NCBI RefSeq assembly: GCF_047159375.1
Contig: NZ_AP031381.1
Coordinates: 161,632 to 193,631, forward strand
Direction: 5' to 3'
Length of the DNA stretch: 32,000 bases
Origin: Enterobacterales bacterium endosymbiont of Anomoneura mori
Lineage (GTDB): Bacteria > Pseudomonadota > Gammaproteobacteria > Enterobacterales > Enterobacteriaceae_A
The translations under genes were made by a program, and so were the position numbers. Shown piece by piece: positions 20,862 to 30,462 of the stretch (its first letter is position 1; every line of letters begins with the position of its first letter). A model generated the notes under the pieces. It did not search any database and was not told the DNA's origin. It saw only the letters and a program-made list of their open reading frames with translations.

Positions 20862-21290
20862 TTAAATGTTAATTAATTTAGGTTTTTGTGCATTATGACA
20901 ATGATTTTCATCAGAAAAAATTTTTAATTTTTTTAACATTAAACGCCCTAATGAATTTTTTGGTAACATTCCTTTTACTGCATTTTGAATTATTTTTTTT
21001 GGATTTTTTATAATAATTTCTTCAAATGTTCTTTTTTTAATTCCTCCAACATATCCAGAATGTCTATAATAAATTTTTTTTTTTTTTTTTTTACCTGTAA
21101 CAATAATTTTTTTAGCATTTAAAACTATAATATAATCACCATTATCTAAATTTGATGAATATTCTATTTTATTTTTTCCCATTAAATATTTAGCTAATTT
21201 TGTTGCTAAACGACCTAAAATTTTATTTTTTGCATTAATAATATACCAATTATTTTTAATATTTTTTTTTTTAACTATAAATGTTTTCAT
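20862..21290 (-). CDS. rplM: 50S ribosomal protein L13
   Basis: Diagnostic segments are WYIINAKNKILGRLAT, HSGYVGG and AVKGMLPKN. It is 142 aa. The rplM-rpsI operon order is conserved. Confidence 0.95.
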   Translation of the reverse strand: MKTFIVKKKNIKNNWYIINAKNKILGRLATKLAKYLMGKNKIEYSSNLDNGDYIIVLNAKKIIVTGKKKKKKIYYRHSGYVGGIKKRTFEEIIIKNPKKIIQNAVKGMLPKNSLGRLMLKKLKIFSDENHCHNAQKPKLINI

Positions 21291-21490
21291 TATATTTACT
21301 CAATTATTAAATTTTAAGATTAATAATTATTATTTTTATAAATTAATTATTTTATTTAAATATTTTTATTATCTATCAATTTGTAAATTAATTTTTATTT
21401 TAGTATAATTATATGTTATAATATATTACAATATTTTTATTAAATACATTTTTAAATTTATATTTAAAATTATAAAATATTAATAAAAAC

Positions 21491-21561
21491 GGCGTGTTAA
21501 CAAAGCGGCTATGTAGCAGACTGCAAATCTGCCAAGTCCGGTTCAACTCCGGAACGCGCCT
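21491..21561 (+). tRNA. cysT: tRNA-Cys (anticodon GCA)
   Basis: The sequence is GGCGTGTTAACAAAGCGGCTATGTAGCAGACTGCAAATCTGCCAAGTCCGGTTCAACTCCGGAACGCGCCT. The anticodon loop is CT-GCA-AA and the discriminator is U73. It is nearly identical to E. coli cysT as I recall it. No CCA is encoded. Confidence 0.9.
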
Positions 21562-21569
21562 TTAATTAA

Positions 21570-21654
21570 GCCCGGGTGGTGAAATTGGTATACACAAGGG
21601 ACTTAAAATCCCTCGACTTTTAAAGTTGTGCGGGTTCAACTCCCGCTCCGGGTA
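21570..21654 (+). tRNA. leuZ: tRNA-Leu (anticodon UAA), class II
   Basis: The sequence is GCCCGGGTGGTGAAATTGGTATACACAAGGGACTTAAAATCCCTCGACTTTTAAAGTTGTGCGGGTTCAACTCCCGCTCCGGGTA. The anticodon loop is CT-TAA-AA and there is a long variable arm. The cysT-leuZ order matches E. coli. No CCA is encoded. Confidence 0.9.
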
Positions 21655-21669
21655 CTATAAATAATTTAT

Positions 21670-24270
21670 TTATATATTTAAATATTTTTTAATATTATTT
21701 AAATATTTATAAAAAAAATCAATATTTTTAATTTCTGCTTTTAATGAAACTTTTGAAATTTTTCCAATACATTTAAAATTTTTAATTATTTTTTTAATTA
21801 TTGATTTTAAATTAATATATTTTATAAGATCTAATGTTATTTCAATAATTAAAAAATTTTTATTTTTTTTTTTTAAAATAGTAATAAAAATTGATGTACC
21901 TATTTTTTTTTTAATATTATATAATGTATTAATTAATAAATTTAATTTAATATTTTTAATATTATTTATTATTATTTTTATATTATTAAATAATTTAATT
22001 TTATTAAATATAAAAAAAAAACAATTATTTAAAATATAAATTTTTTGTTTTTTATATTTTTTTTCTATATTTTTTTTATTATTATATATATTAATTAATA
22101 TTTTATCAATATTTTTTTTATTATTTAATATATTTGAAATTTTTTTAATCAAATTATTTTTAAATTGTAAAATTTTTAAAGCATATTTACCAGTTACTGC
22201 TTTAATTCTAAATAATCCATTTGTTAATTTATTATATGATTTAATATGAAACATACCTATTTCACCTGTATATTTAACATGAGTACCTTTACAAAATTCT
22301 TTAGAAAAATTATTTATTTTTATTAATCTATTATTTATATTTTTATTATATAAATAATTATTATTTTTATAATTATTTAAATTTAATATTTTAGTTTTTA
22401 TTAATAAATTTTCCATTATTTTTTTATTTATTATATTTTCTATTAAATTAATTTTTTTTTCATTAATTTTTAAAGAACATGAAAAATCAAATAATAAATA
22501 TTTTTCACATATATAAGAATTTTTTTGTTTAATATTATTATTTAATTCATTTTTTAAAATTTTATATAATATATGAATAGCTGTATGATTTTTTGAAATA
22601 TTAATACGAATTTTTTTATTAACAATAGCTTTAACAAATTGATTAATTTTTAATTTTCCTTTAATTATTTTTCCTACATGCAAAATTGTTTTATTATATA
22701 CTTTAGTATCATATATTAAAAATATTGTGTTTTTACTTATTAATAATCCTTTATCTCCTATTTGGCCTTCTAATTCTCCATAAAATGGTGTACTATTTAA
22801 TATTATTATAGCTTCTTCATTATAAAATAATTCTTTTATTAAATTAAAATTTTTAAAAATAGCAATTATTTTAGATTTATTTTGATATTTTTTATATCCA
22901 ACAAATTTATTATTATAATTAAAATTAATTATTTTATCATTATTAAAAAAAAATTTATTAGATTTTAATGATTTAATACGTTGTTTATTCATTAAATAAT
23001 AATATTTTTTTTTATCTATTTTATAACCTTTTTTAATACAAATTTCTTCAGTTAATTTTTTTGGAAAACCATATGTATCATATAAACGAAAAACTATATC
23101 ACCATTTAATATATTATTATTTAATTTTAATAATTCTAAATTTAATAATTTTAAACCTTTATTTAAAGTATATAAAAATTTTATTTCTTCTTTTTTGATT
23201 ATATTTTTAATTATTTTTTTTTTTTTTTTTAAATATTTTGCTTCATTTTCCATAGCATTAATTAATATATCTAATATTTTATATAAAAAAGGTTTTTTAA
23301 TACCCAATTTATTACCATGAAAAATTGCTCTTCTTATTATTTTACGTAATACATAACCATGACTTTCATTAGAAGGTATAACACCATTTAAAATTAAATA
23401 TGCTGAAGATCTAATATGATCAGAAATAACATAAACTGATTTTTTATTATTGTATTTTATATTAAATTTATTATATATATTATTTATAATTTTTTTAAAC
23501 AAATCAATTTCATAATTTGAATTTACTTTTTGTATTATTGAAGTTATTCTTTCTAAACCCATACCTGTATCAATTGATAAATTAGATAAAGGTATAATAT
23601 TATTATTTTGTTTTAAAAATTGTAAAAAAACAATATTCCATATTTCAATATATCTATCATTAATTTTATTATTATTTAATATATTAATATTTTTTGTATT
23701 ACCTTTATCATAAAAAATTTCTGTACATGGTCCACATGGATAATTATTACCTGTTTGCCAAAAATTATCAGATTTATATTTTATACCTTTTTCATCACCA
23801 ATAATAATTATTTTATTTTCAGGTATTTTAATATTTTTTTTCCATATATTATATGTTTCATTATCTGAAATATATACTGTAACCAATAATTTTTTTTTAG
23901 GTAAATTAAACCATTTTTCACTAGTTAATAATTCCCAGGCAAAATTAATTGCATCAAGTTTAAAATAATCATTAAAACTAAAATTTCCTAACATTTCAAA
24001 AAATGTATGATGTCTATTAGTATATCCAACATTTTCTAGATCATTATTTTTACCACCAGCTCTAATACAGTGTTGTGCAGTAGCTACACGAGTAAAATTA
24101 CTTTTTTCAAATCCTAAAAAAATATTTTTAAATTGATTCATTCCAGAATTTGTAAAAAGTAGAGTTTTATCATTTTCAATAATAAGCTTACTACCTTTCA
24201 AAATTTTATGATTTTTAGATTCAAAAAAATTAAGAAATGTTTTTCTAATGTTATTAATACTTTTAATCAT
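21670..24270 (-). CDS. alaS: Alanyl-tRNA synthetase
   Basis: Diagnostic motifs are FTNSGMNQFK, RHHTFFEMLGNFSF, GPCTEIFYD, IEIWN.VF.QF, DTGMGLERI and the editing-domain H..IH / CKGTHV. It is 866 aa, against 876 aa in E. coli. Confidence 0.95.
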   Translation of the reverse strand: MIKSINNIRKTFLNFFESKNHKILKGSKLIIENDKTLLFTNSGMNQFKNIFLGFEKSNFTRVATAQHCIRAGGKNNDLENVGYTNRHHTFFEMLGNFSFNDYFKLDAINFAWELLTSEKWFNLPKKKLLVTVYISDNETYNIWKKNIKIPENKIIIIGDEKGIKYKSDNFWQTGNNYPCGPCTEIFYDKGNTKNINILNNNKINDRYIEIWNIVFLQFLKQNNNIIPLSNLSIDTGMGLERITSIIQKVNSNYEIDLFKKIINNIYNKFNIKYNNKKSVYVISDHIRSSAYLILNGVIPSNESHGYVLRKIIRRAIFHGNKLGIKKPFLYKILDILINAMENEAKYLKKKKKIIKNIIKKEEIKFLYTLNKGLKLLNLELLKLNNNILNGDIVFRLYDTYGFPKKLTEEICIKKGYKIDKKKYYYLMNKQRIKSLKSNKFFFNNDKIINFNYNNKFVGYKKYQNKSKIIAIFKNFNLIKELFYNEEAIIILNSTPFYGELEGQIGDKGLLISKNTIFLIYDTKVYNKTILHVGKIIKGKLKINQFVKAIVNKKIRINISKNHTAIHILYKILKNELNNNIKQKNSYICEKYLLFDFSCSLKINEKKINLIENIINKKIMENLLIKTKILNLNNYKNNNYLYNKNINNRLIKINNFSKEFCKGTHVKYTGEIGMFHIKSYNKLTNGLFRIKAVTGKYALKILQFKNNLIKKISNILNNKKNIDKILINIYNNKKNIEKKYKKQKIYILNNCFFFIFNKIKLFNNIKIIINNIKNIKLNLLINTLYNIKKKIGTSIFITILKKKNKNFLIIEITLDLIKYINLKSIIKKIIKNFKCIGKISKVSLKAEIKNIDFFYKYLNNIKKYLNI

Positions 24271-24359
24271 TTTACCTAAAATAATTTATAAATAATTAAA
24301 TTAAATAAATAAATTTTAATTTTTATAATAATTAAATAATAAAATTTTTTATAATTTTA

Positions 24360-25631
24360 TTAAAATAATGATAATATTGAATTTGTTAAAATATTTAATT
24401 CTTTTTTTTTAATTATATATGGTGGCATTAAATAAATTAATTTACCGTATGGTCTAATCCATACACCATTATTTATAAAAAATTTTTGTATTTTATTTAT
24501 ATCAATATAATTAATTGTTTCAATAATTCCTATTGCTCCTAATATTCTAACATCTAGTACTTTATTAGAATTTAATAAAGGTAAAAATTTTTTTTTAAAA
24601 TGTTTTTCTATTTTTTTTACTTTATTAAACCATTTATTTTTATTTAAAATTTTTATATTTGCATTTGCAACTGAACATGAAAGTGGATTTCCCATAAATG
24701 TAGGACCATGCATAAAACAACCTGCTTTACTATTACTTATTATATTTGCAATTTTTTTACTAGTAATGGTTGCTGATAAAGTCATGTATCCACCTGTTAA
24801 AGATTTTCCTAAACATAATATATCTGGTGTAATTCCAGCATGTTCAAAAGCAAACATTTTACCAGTACGTCCAAATCCTGTTGCAATTTCATCAATTATT
24901 AATAAAATTTTATATTGTTTACATAATTCACTAACTCTTTTTAAATACATTGGATTATAAATTTTCATTCCACCAGCACCTTGTACAATTGGTTCTAAAA
25001 TAACACAAGCAATTGTTTTATAATGTTTGTTTAATAAATATTTAAAAGAATTTATATCATTTTCATTCCAAATATCATTAAATTTACATTTTGGTGAATC
25101 TGCAAATATATTTAAAGATAAATATTTTTTATATATATTATGCATAGAATTATCTGGATCACACACTGACATTGCTCCAAATGTATCACCATGATAACCA
25201 TGACGTAATGTTAAAATATTTTTACGATATTCACCATGTGCTTGCCAATATTGCAAAGCCATTTTTAATGCTACCTCAATTGTTACTGAACCAGAATCTG
25301 TTAAAAAAACACATTCTAAATTATTTGGAGTAATATTAATTAAATTTTTACAAAGTTTTATTGCTTCATTATGATAAATTCCTCCAAACATTACATGTGA
25401 CATTTTTTTAAGTTGCTTTTTAATTGCTTTATTAAGAATTTTATTATTATATCCATGTATACAAGACCACCAAGATGACATACCATCGATCAATTTTATT
25501 CCATTTGTTAATTTTAATATAACACCATTTGCTTTTTTAACTGAATAACATGTTAAAGGATTAATTATTGAAGTATAAGGATGCCAAATATGTTGTTTGT
25601 CAAATTTAGTTTTTGATTTTTTAATAAACAT
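24360..25631 (-). CDS. bioA: Adenosylmethionine-8-amino-7-oxononanoate aminotransferase (DAPA synthase)
   Basis: The protein is colinear with E. coli BioA: HIWHPYTS, DGMSSWW..IHGYN, SGSV..EVA.KMALQYWQA, DEIATGFGRTGK, LCLGKSLTGG (PLP Lys) and FMHGPTFMGNPL. Confidence 0.93.
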   Translation of the reverse strand: MFIKKSKTKFDKQHIWHPYTSIINPLTCYSVKKANGVILKLTNGIKLIDGMSSWWSCIHGYNNKILNKAIKKQLKKMSHVMFGGIYHNEAIKLCKNLINITPNNLECVFLTDSGSVTIEVALKMALQYWQAHGEYRKNILTLRHGYHGDTFGAMSVCDPDNSMHNIYKKYLSLNIFADSPKCKFNDIWNENDINSFKYLLNKHYKTIACVILEPIVQGAGGMKIYNPMYLKRVSELCKQYKILLIIDEIATGFGRTGKMFAFEHAGITPDILCLGKSLTGGYMTLSATITSKKIANIISNSKAGCFMHGPTFMGNPLSCSVANANIKILNKNKWFNKVKKIEKHFKKKFLPLLNSNKVLDVRILGAIGIIETINYIDINKIQKFFINNGVWIRPYGKLIYLMPPYIIKKKELNILTNSILSLF

Positions 25632-25660
25632 ATTAATATTATATAATTATATTATTTATG

Positions 25661-25689
25661 TTGACAGTAAAATATAAAAAATTTATTTT
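25661..25689 (+). promoter_or_regulatory. Candidate sigma70 promoter for bioB-bioD
   Basis: TTGACA lies at 25661-25666, followed by a 17-nt spacer and TATTTT at 25684-25689. This is about 30 nt upstream of the bioB ATG, which has an AAAGG RBS at 25711-25715. I could not recognise a BirA-operator-like palindrome with any confidence. Confidence 0.3.
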
Positions 25690-25720
25690 CATCTATTTTA
25701 TAACTTATTAAAGGTATTTA

Positions 25721-26749
25721 ATGTATAATAAAAAAAAATGGACAATTGAAAAAACTAAAGAATTATTTGATAAACCATTATTAGATTTAATTTTTTTAGC
25801 ACAAAATATACATAGAAAAAATTTTAATCATAATAAAATACAAATAAGTACTCTTTTATCTATTAAAACTGGTTTATGTCCAGAAGATTGTAAATATTGT
25901 CCTCAAAGTTCTAGATATAAAACTGGTATAAAAACAGAAAGTTTAATTAAAATAGATAAAATTTTACAAGCAGCAAATAAAGCAAAAAAAAATGGTTCTA
26001 CAAGATTTTGTATGGGAGCAGCTTGGAAAAACCCAAAAGATAATGATATGATTTATTTAAAAGAGATTATTAAAAAAGTTAAAAAACTTGGATTAGAAAC
26101 ATGTATGACTTTAGGATCATTAAATAAAAAACAATCAAAAATTTTATATGATGCTGGTTTAGATTATTATAACCATAATATTGATACTTCAAAAGAATTT
26201 TATAAAAAGATTATTACTACTCGTAGTTATCAAGAAAGACTTGATACATTAAATAATGTAAGAGAAACTGGTATTAAAATTTGTTCTGGTGGAATAATAG
26301 GTTTAGGTGAAAATATTAAAGATAGAATTAGTTTACTTATGCAATTAGCAAATATGAAAAATCCTCCAGAAAGTGTACCAATTAATATGTTAGTTAAAGT
26401 AAGTGGTACTCCTTTAGAAAAAAATAAAGATATTGATCCATTTGAATTTATTAGAATAATTGCTATTGCAAGAATAATGATGCCAAGTTCTTATATACGT
26501 CTTTCTGCAGGAAGAGAAAATATGAATGAACAAACACAAGCTATGTGTTTTATGTCTGGTGCAAATTCTATATTTTATGGTTGTAAATTATTAACTACTC
26601 CAAATCCTGAAGAAGATAAAGATTTAAAATTATTAAAAAAATTAGGATTAAAAATTGAATCAAAAAAAATAAATAATAATATATTAAAAAAAAAAAAATT
26701 ATCATTTAAAAAAAATAATGTAAAATTTTATGATGCTACTATAAATTAA
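25721..26749 (+). CDS. bioB: Biotin synthase (radical SAM)
   Basis: The radical SAM motif [11 protein letters not shown] (CxxxCxxC) is present, along with FCMGAAW, YNHNIDT and the SGGI.GLGE 2Fe-2S/cap region. The protein is colinear with E. coli BioB. It is transcribed divergently from bioA, as in E. coli. Confidence 0.95.
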   Translation: MYNKKKWTIEKTKELFDKPLLDLIFLAQNIHRKNFNHNKIQISTLLSIKTGLCPEDCKYCPQSSRYKTGIKTESLIKIDKILQAANKAKKNGSTRFCMGAAWKNPKDNDMIYLKEIIKKVKKLGLETCMTLGSLNKKQSKILYDAGLDYYNHNIDTSKEFYKKIITTRSYQERLDTLNNVRETGIKICSGGIIGLGENIKDRISLLMQLANMKNPPESVPINMLVKVSGTPLEKNKDIDPFEFIRIIAIARIMMPSSYIRLSAGRENMNEQTQAMCFMSGANSIFYGCKLLTTPNPEEDKDLKLLKKLGLKIESKKINNNILKKKKLSFKKNNVKFYDATIN

Positions 26750-26807
26750 ATTTAAAATTATTTTAAAATAAATATTAATTTTTATATTATAAATTAAAAA
26801 TTTTTAA

Positions 26808-27479
26808 ATGAAAAAATATTTTATTACTGGTACTGATACAAAAGTTGGTAAAACTATTTTTAGTATTGCTTTATTACAATTTGCTAAAAAAATTGGTTAT
26901 AAAAGTATAGGATATAAACCAATATCTTCTGGTAGTAAAATTACTAAATACGGATTAAGAAATAATGATGCATTATTATTAAAAGAAAATAGTAATATTA
27001 AATTGTATTATAATAAAATTAATCCATATAATTTTTTAGATAATACATCTCCTAATATAGTTAGTAAAAGAATTAAAAATCCAATTTCATTTTATGAAAT
27101 ATCATCTAAATTAAGAAATATTGAAAAAAAAGCAAATTGGATTATTATTGAAGGTTCTGGAGGTTGGTATACTCCAATTTCTAATATTAAAAAATTTTCA
27201 GATTGGGTTATAAAAGAAAATATATCAATTATTTTAGTTGTAGGAATTAAATTAGGATGTATTAATCATGCATTATTAACTTTAGATATAATTAAAAAAA
27301 CAGGATTAAAAATAAAAGGATGGGTTGCTAATAATATTAATAAACCATTAATATATCATAAAGAATATATTAATACTTTAAAAAAAAATTTATCTATAAA
27401 TTTTTTAGGCGAAATTCCTTATTTAAATATTTTAAATAATATTAAATTATGGAAATATATAAATTTTAATTATCTTTAA
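26808..27479 (+). CDS. bioD: Dethiobiotin synthetase
   Basis: YFITGTDTKVGKT (P-loop) corresponds to YFVTGTDTEVGKT in E. coli. IIIEGSGGW and GCINHALLT are also conserved. It is 223 aa. Confidence 0.9.
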   Translation: MKKYFITGTDTKVGKTIFSIALLQFAKKIGYKSIGYKPISSGSKITKYGLRNNDALLLKENSNIKLYYNKINPYNFLDNTSPNIVSKRIKNPISFYEISSKLRNIEKKANWIIIEGSGGWYTPISNIKKFSDWVIKENISIILVVGIKLGCINHALLTLDIIKKTGLKIKGWVANNINKPLIYHKEYINTLKKNLSINFLGEIPYLNILNNIKLWKYINFNYL

Positions 27480-27539
27480 TAATTTTATTTAATTTTCAAA
27501 AAATTATTTTATTTAAATTTTATTTTTATATAAATTTAA

Positions 27540-27612
27540 TGCCCAAACTTGGAATTGAACCAAGGACACGAGGATCTTCAGTCCACTGCTCTGCCAACTG
27601 AGCTATCTGGGC
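27540..27612 (-). tRNA. pheV: tRNA-Phe (anticodon GAA)
   Basis: The reverse complement reads GCCCAGATAGCTCAGTTGGCAGAGCAGTGGACTGAAGATCCTCGTGTCCTTGGTTCAATTCCAAGTTTGGGCA. The anticodon loop is CT-GAA-GA. It closely follows E. coli tRNA-Phe. No CCA is encoded. The symbol is by analogy only. Confidence 0.9.
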
Positions 27613-27621
27613 GAATACATC

Positions 27622-27649
27622 AATATATTTTATTTAATAAAAATGTCAA
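27622..27649 (-). promoter_or_regulatory. Candidate sigma70 promoter for tRNA-Phe
   Basis: The minus strand reads TTGACA (27649-27644), then a 16-nt spacer, then TATATT (27627-27622). The -10 element ends 9 nt before the mature tRNA 5' end, which implies a leader of only 2-3 nt. Confidence 0.35.
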
Positions 27650-27790
27650 TAGATATATTTTAAAAAATATAATTAATTATTATTTTAAATAATAATTTTA
27701 TATATTTTCATTTTAAATAAAAAATTAAAAATAAAAATTTAATAATTATTAAATATTTTCAAATATTAAATTTTAATTTAAAAGGTTAAA

Positions 27791-30451
27791 ATGTTTAAAG
27801 AAAAATATGATATTGATATTGTTGAAACTAACGAATGGTTACAATCAGCTGATTTAATAATTAAAAAAGATGGTAAAAAACGTTTAAATTATTTAATTAA
27901 TAAAATTATAAAGCATGTATATAAAATTAATATTGATATTTTTAATAATATAAAAAATAATAATTATATTAACACAATAAATTATAAAGATGATTTAAAG
28001 TATCCTGGAAATTTAGAAATAGAAAAAAAAATTTGTTCAATTATTCGTTGGAATGCAATAATTACAATATTGAAAGCATCAAAAAAAAAATTAGATTTAG
28101 GTGGTCATATAGCAACATATCAATCAATTGCTATTTTTTATGAAGTTTGTTTTAATCATATTTTTAATGCTTCTAATAAAAATAATAGTGGAGATATTAT
28201 TTATTTTCAAGGTCATACTTCACCAGGAATTTATTCACGTTCATTTATAGAAGGTAGAATAAATGAAAATCATTTAAATAATTTTAGACAAGAAATTTTT
28301 AAAAAAGGTTTATGTTCATATCCTCATCCAAGATTAATGCCAAATTTTTGGCAATTTCCAACTGTATCAATGGGATTAAGTGCTATAAATGCTATTTATC
28401 AAGCTAAATTTTTAAAATATCTTAATAATCGTTCTTTAAAAGATACTAGTAAACAAAAAGTATATGTTTTTCTTGGTGACGGAGAAATGGATGAACCAGA
28501 ATCAAAAGGTGTTATAACAATTGCTTCTAGAGAAAAATTAAATAATTTAATATTTATTATTAATTGTAATTTACAACGTTTAGATGGTCCTGTAAATGGA
28601 AATGGTAAAATTATAAATGAATTAGAAAATATTTTTTTAGGAGCTAATTGGAAAGTTTTAAAATTGATTTGGGATAGTAATTGGGACAAATTATTAAAAA
28701 AAGATAAAACTGGAAAATTATTAAAATTATTAAATGAAACAAATGATGGAGATTATCAAAATTTTTTAACTAAAGATATTTCATATATACGTAAAAACTT
28801 TTTTGGACGTTATAAAGAAACTTATGAATTAACAAAACATATGAAAGATGAAGAAATTTTAAAATTAAATCGAGGTGGTCATGATTTTAAAAAAATTTAT
28901 ACAGTTATTAAAAATGCTCAAAAAAATTATAATAAACCTGTTGTTATTTTAGTACATACTATTAAAGGTTATGGAATGGGTAAAAATTTTGAAAGTCAAA
29001 ATATAGCTCATCAAGTTAAAAATATGAATATTGAAGATTTACATTATTTTAAAAATAATTTAAAATTAAAAATTTCTGATAAAAAAATTAAAAATTTAGA
29101 ATATATAAAATTTAATAAAGATTCTAAAGAATATAAATATATTATAAAATGTAGAAAATTATTAAATGGTTTTATTCCAAAACGTTTAAATTTCATTAAA
29201 AATAATTTTAATATTATAAATATTAAAAATTTTAAAGAATTATTAAAAAAACAAAAAAAAAAAATATCTACTACAACAATTTTTATAAAAATATTAAAAA
29301 TATTATTAAATGATATATATATTAAAAAATTTATAGTTCCAATAATTTCGGACGAAGCAAGAACTTTTGGTATGGAAGATTTATTTAAACAAATTGGAAT
29401 TTATAATTCAAATGGTCAAAAATATATACCTCAAGATATTAATAAATTTTCATATTATAAAGAAGATAAAACAGGACAAATATTACAAGAAGGAATAAAT
29501 GAATCTGGAGCAATTTCTTCATGGATAGCAGCTGCTACTTCATATAGTACAAATAATTTACAAATGATTCCATTTTATATTTTTTATTCAATGTTTGGAT
29601 TTCAACGTATTGGAGATTTATTATGGGCAGCAGCAGATCAACAAGCTAGAGGATTTTTAATTGGTGCAACTTCAGGAAGAACAACTTTAAATGGTGAAGG
29701 TTTACAACATGAAGATGGACATAGTCATATTTATTCTTTAACTATTCCAAGTTGTATTTCATATGATCCAGCATATGCATATGAATTAGTTATAATTATA
29801 CAAGATGGTATTAATCGTATGTATGGAAAAAATAAAGAAAATATTTATTATTATATAACTGTAACTAATGAAAATTATATTATGCCAAAATTTTATAATA
29901 ATTTTAAATATGGAATTTTAAAAGGTATTTATAAATTAGAAAGTTTAAAAGGAAGTAATAAAAAAATACAACTTTTAGGTTCTGGAGCAATTTTAAGAAA
30001 TATTAGAAAAGCTTCTTATATATTATTTAATGAATATAATATATCTTCTGATATTTTTAGTGTAACTTCTTTTACAGAATTAGCTAGAGATGGTCAAGAT
30101 TGTGAACGTTGGAATATATTAAATCCTAAAAAAAATCCTAAAAAACCTTATATACAAAAAATATTAAAAAATATACCTACAGTAGCATCTTCTGATTATA
30201 TAAAATTATTTACTGAACAAATATCTAAATTTATATATAATAATAATTATTATTCTTTAGGTACTGATGGTTATGGACGTTCAGATAGTAGAAAAAATTT
30301 ACGTTATTATTTCGAAATTGATTCATTTTATATTGTAATTGCATCTTTAAATTTATTATATAAAAATAAAATAATTAATAAAAATATAATCGAAGATTAT
30401 ATATTTAAATTTAATATTAATATTAAAAAAAATAATCCAAGATTATTATAA
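27791..30451 (+). CDS. aceE: Pyruvate dehydrogenase E1 component (homodimeric type)
   Basis: The protein is 886 aa, against 887 aa in E. coli. The ThDP motif GDGEMDEPES...NLQRLDGPV is present, along with GGH..TYQS, FQGH.SPG.Y and GTDGYGRSD. Confidence 0.95.
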   Translation: MFKEKYDIDIVETNEWLQSADLIIKKDGKKRLNYLINKIIKHVYKINIDIFNNIKNNNYINTINYKDDLKYPGNLEIEKKICSIIRWNAIITILKASKKKLDLGGHIATYQSIAIFYEVCFNHIFNASNKNNSGDIIYFQGHTSPGIYSRSFIEGRINENHLNNFRQEIFKKGLCSYPHPRLMPNFWQFPTVSMGLSAINAIYQAKFLKYLNNRSLKDTSKQKVYVFLGDGEMDEPESKGVITIASREKLNNLIFIINCNLQRLDGPVNGNGKIINELENIFLGANWKVLKLIWDSNWDKLLKKDKTGKLLKLLNETNDGDYQNFLTKDISYIRKNFFGRYKETYELTKHMKDEEILKLNRGGHDFKKIYTVIKNAQKNYNKPVVILVHTIKGYGMGKNFESQNIAHQVKNMNIEDLHYFKNNLKLKISDKKIKNLEYIKFNKDSKEYKYIIKCRKLLNGFIPKRLNFIKNNFNIINIKNFKELLKKQKKKISTTTIFIKILKILLNDIYIKKFIVPIISDEARTFGMEDLFKQIGIYNSNGQKYIPQDINKFSYYKEDKTGQILQEGINESGAISSWIAAATSYSTNNLQMIPFYIFYSMFGFQRIGDLLWAAADQQARGFLIGATSGRTTLNGEGLQHEDGHSHIYSLTIPSCISYDPAYAYELVIIIQDGINRMYGKNKENIYYYITVTNENYIMPKFYNNFKYGILKGIYKLESLKGSNKKIQLLGSGAILRNIRKASYILFNEYNISSDIFSVTSFTELARDGQDCERWNILNPKKNPKKPYIQKILKNIPTVASSDYIKLFTEQISKFIYNNNYYSLGTDGYGRSDSRKNLRYYFEIDSFYIVIASLNLLYKNKIINKNIIEDYIFKFNINIKKNNPRLL

Positions 30452-30462
30452 AAAAGGAAAAA

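Noticed and set aside
21381-21409. TTGTAA-17 nt-TATAAT upstream of cysT, and many other TATAAT-like hexamers in the spacers.
   Set aside because: In DNA that is almost pure A/T, -10-like hexamers occur by chance every few dozen bases. I listed only candidates with a TTGACA or TTGATT -35 element at proper spacing next to a gene start, and even those carry low confidence.
25632-25720. A search for a BirA operator (the 40-bp bio operator palindrome) between bioA and bioB.
   Set aside because: Only trivial A/T inverted repeats are present (AAAATA...TATTTT), indistinguishable from background. I cannot support an operator call from sequence alone.
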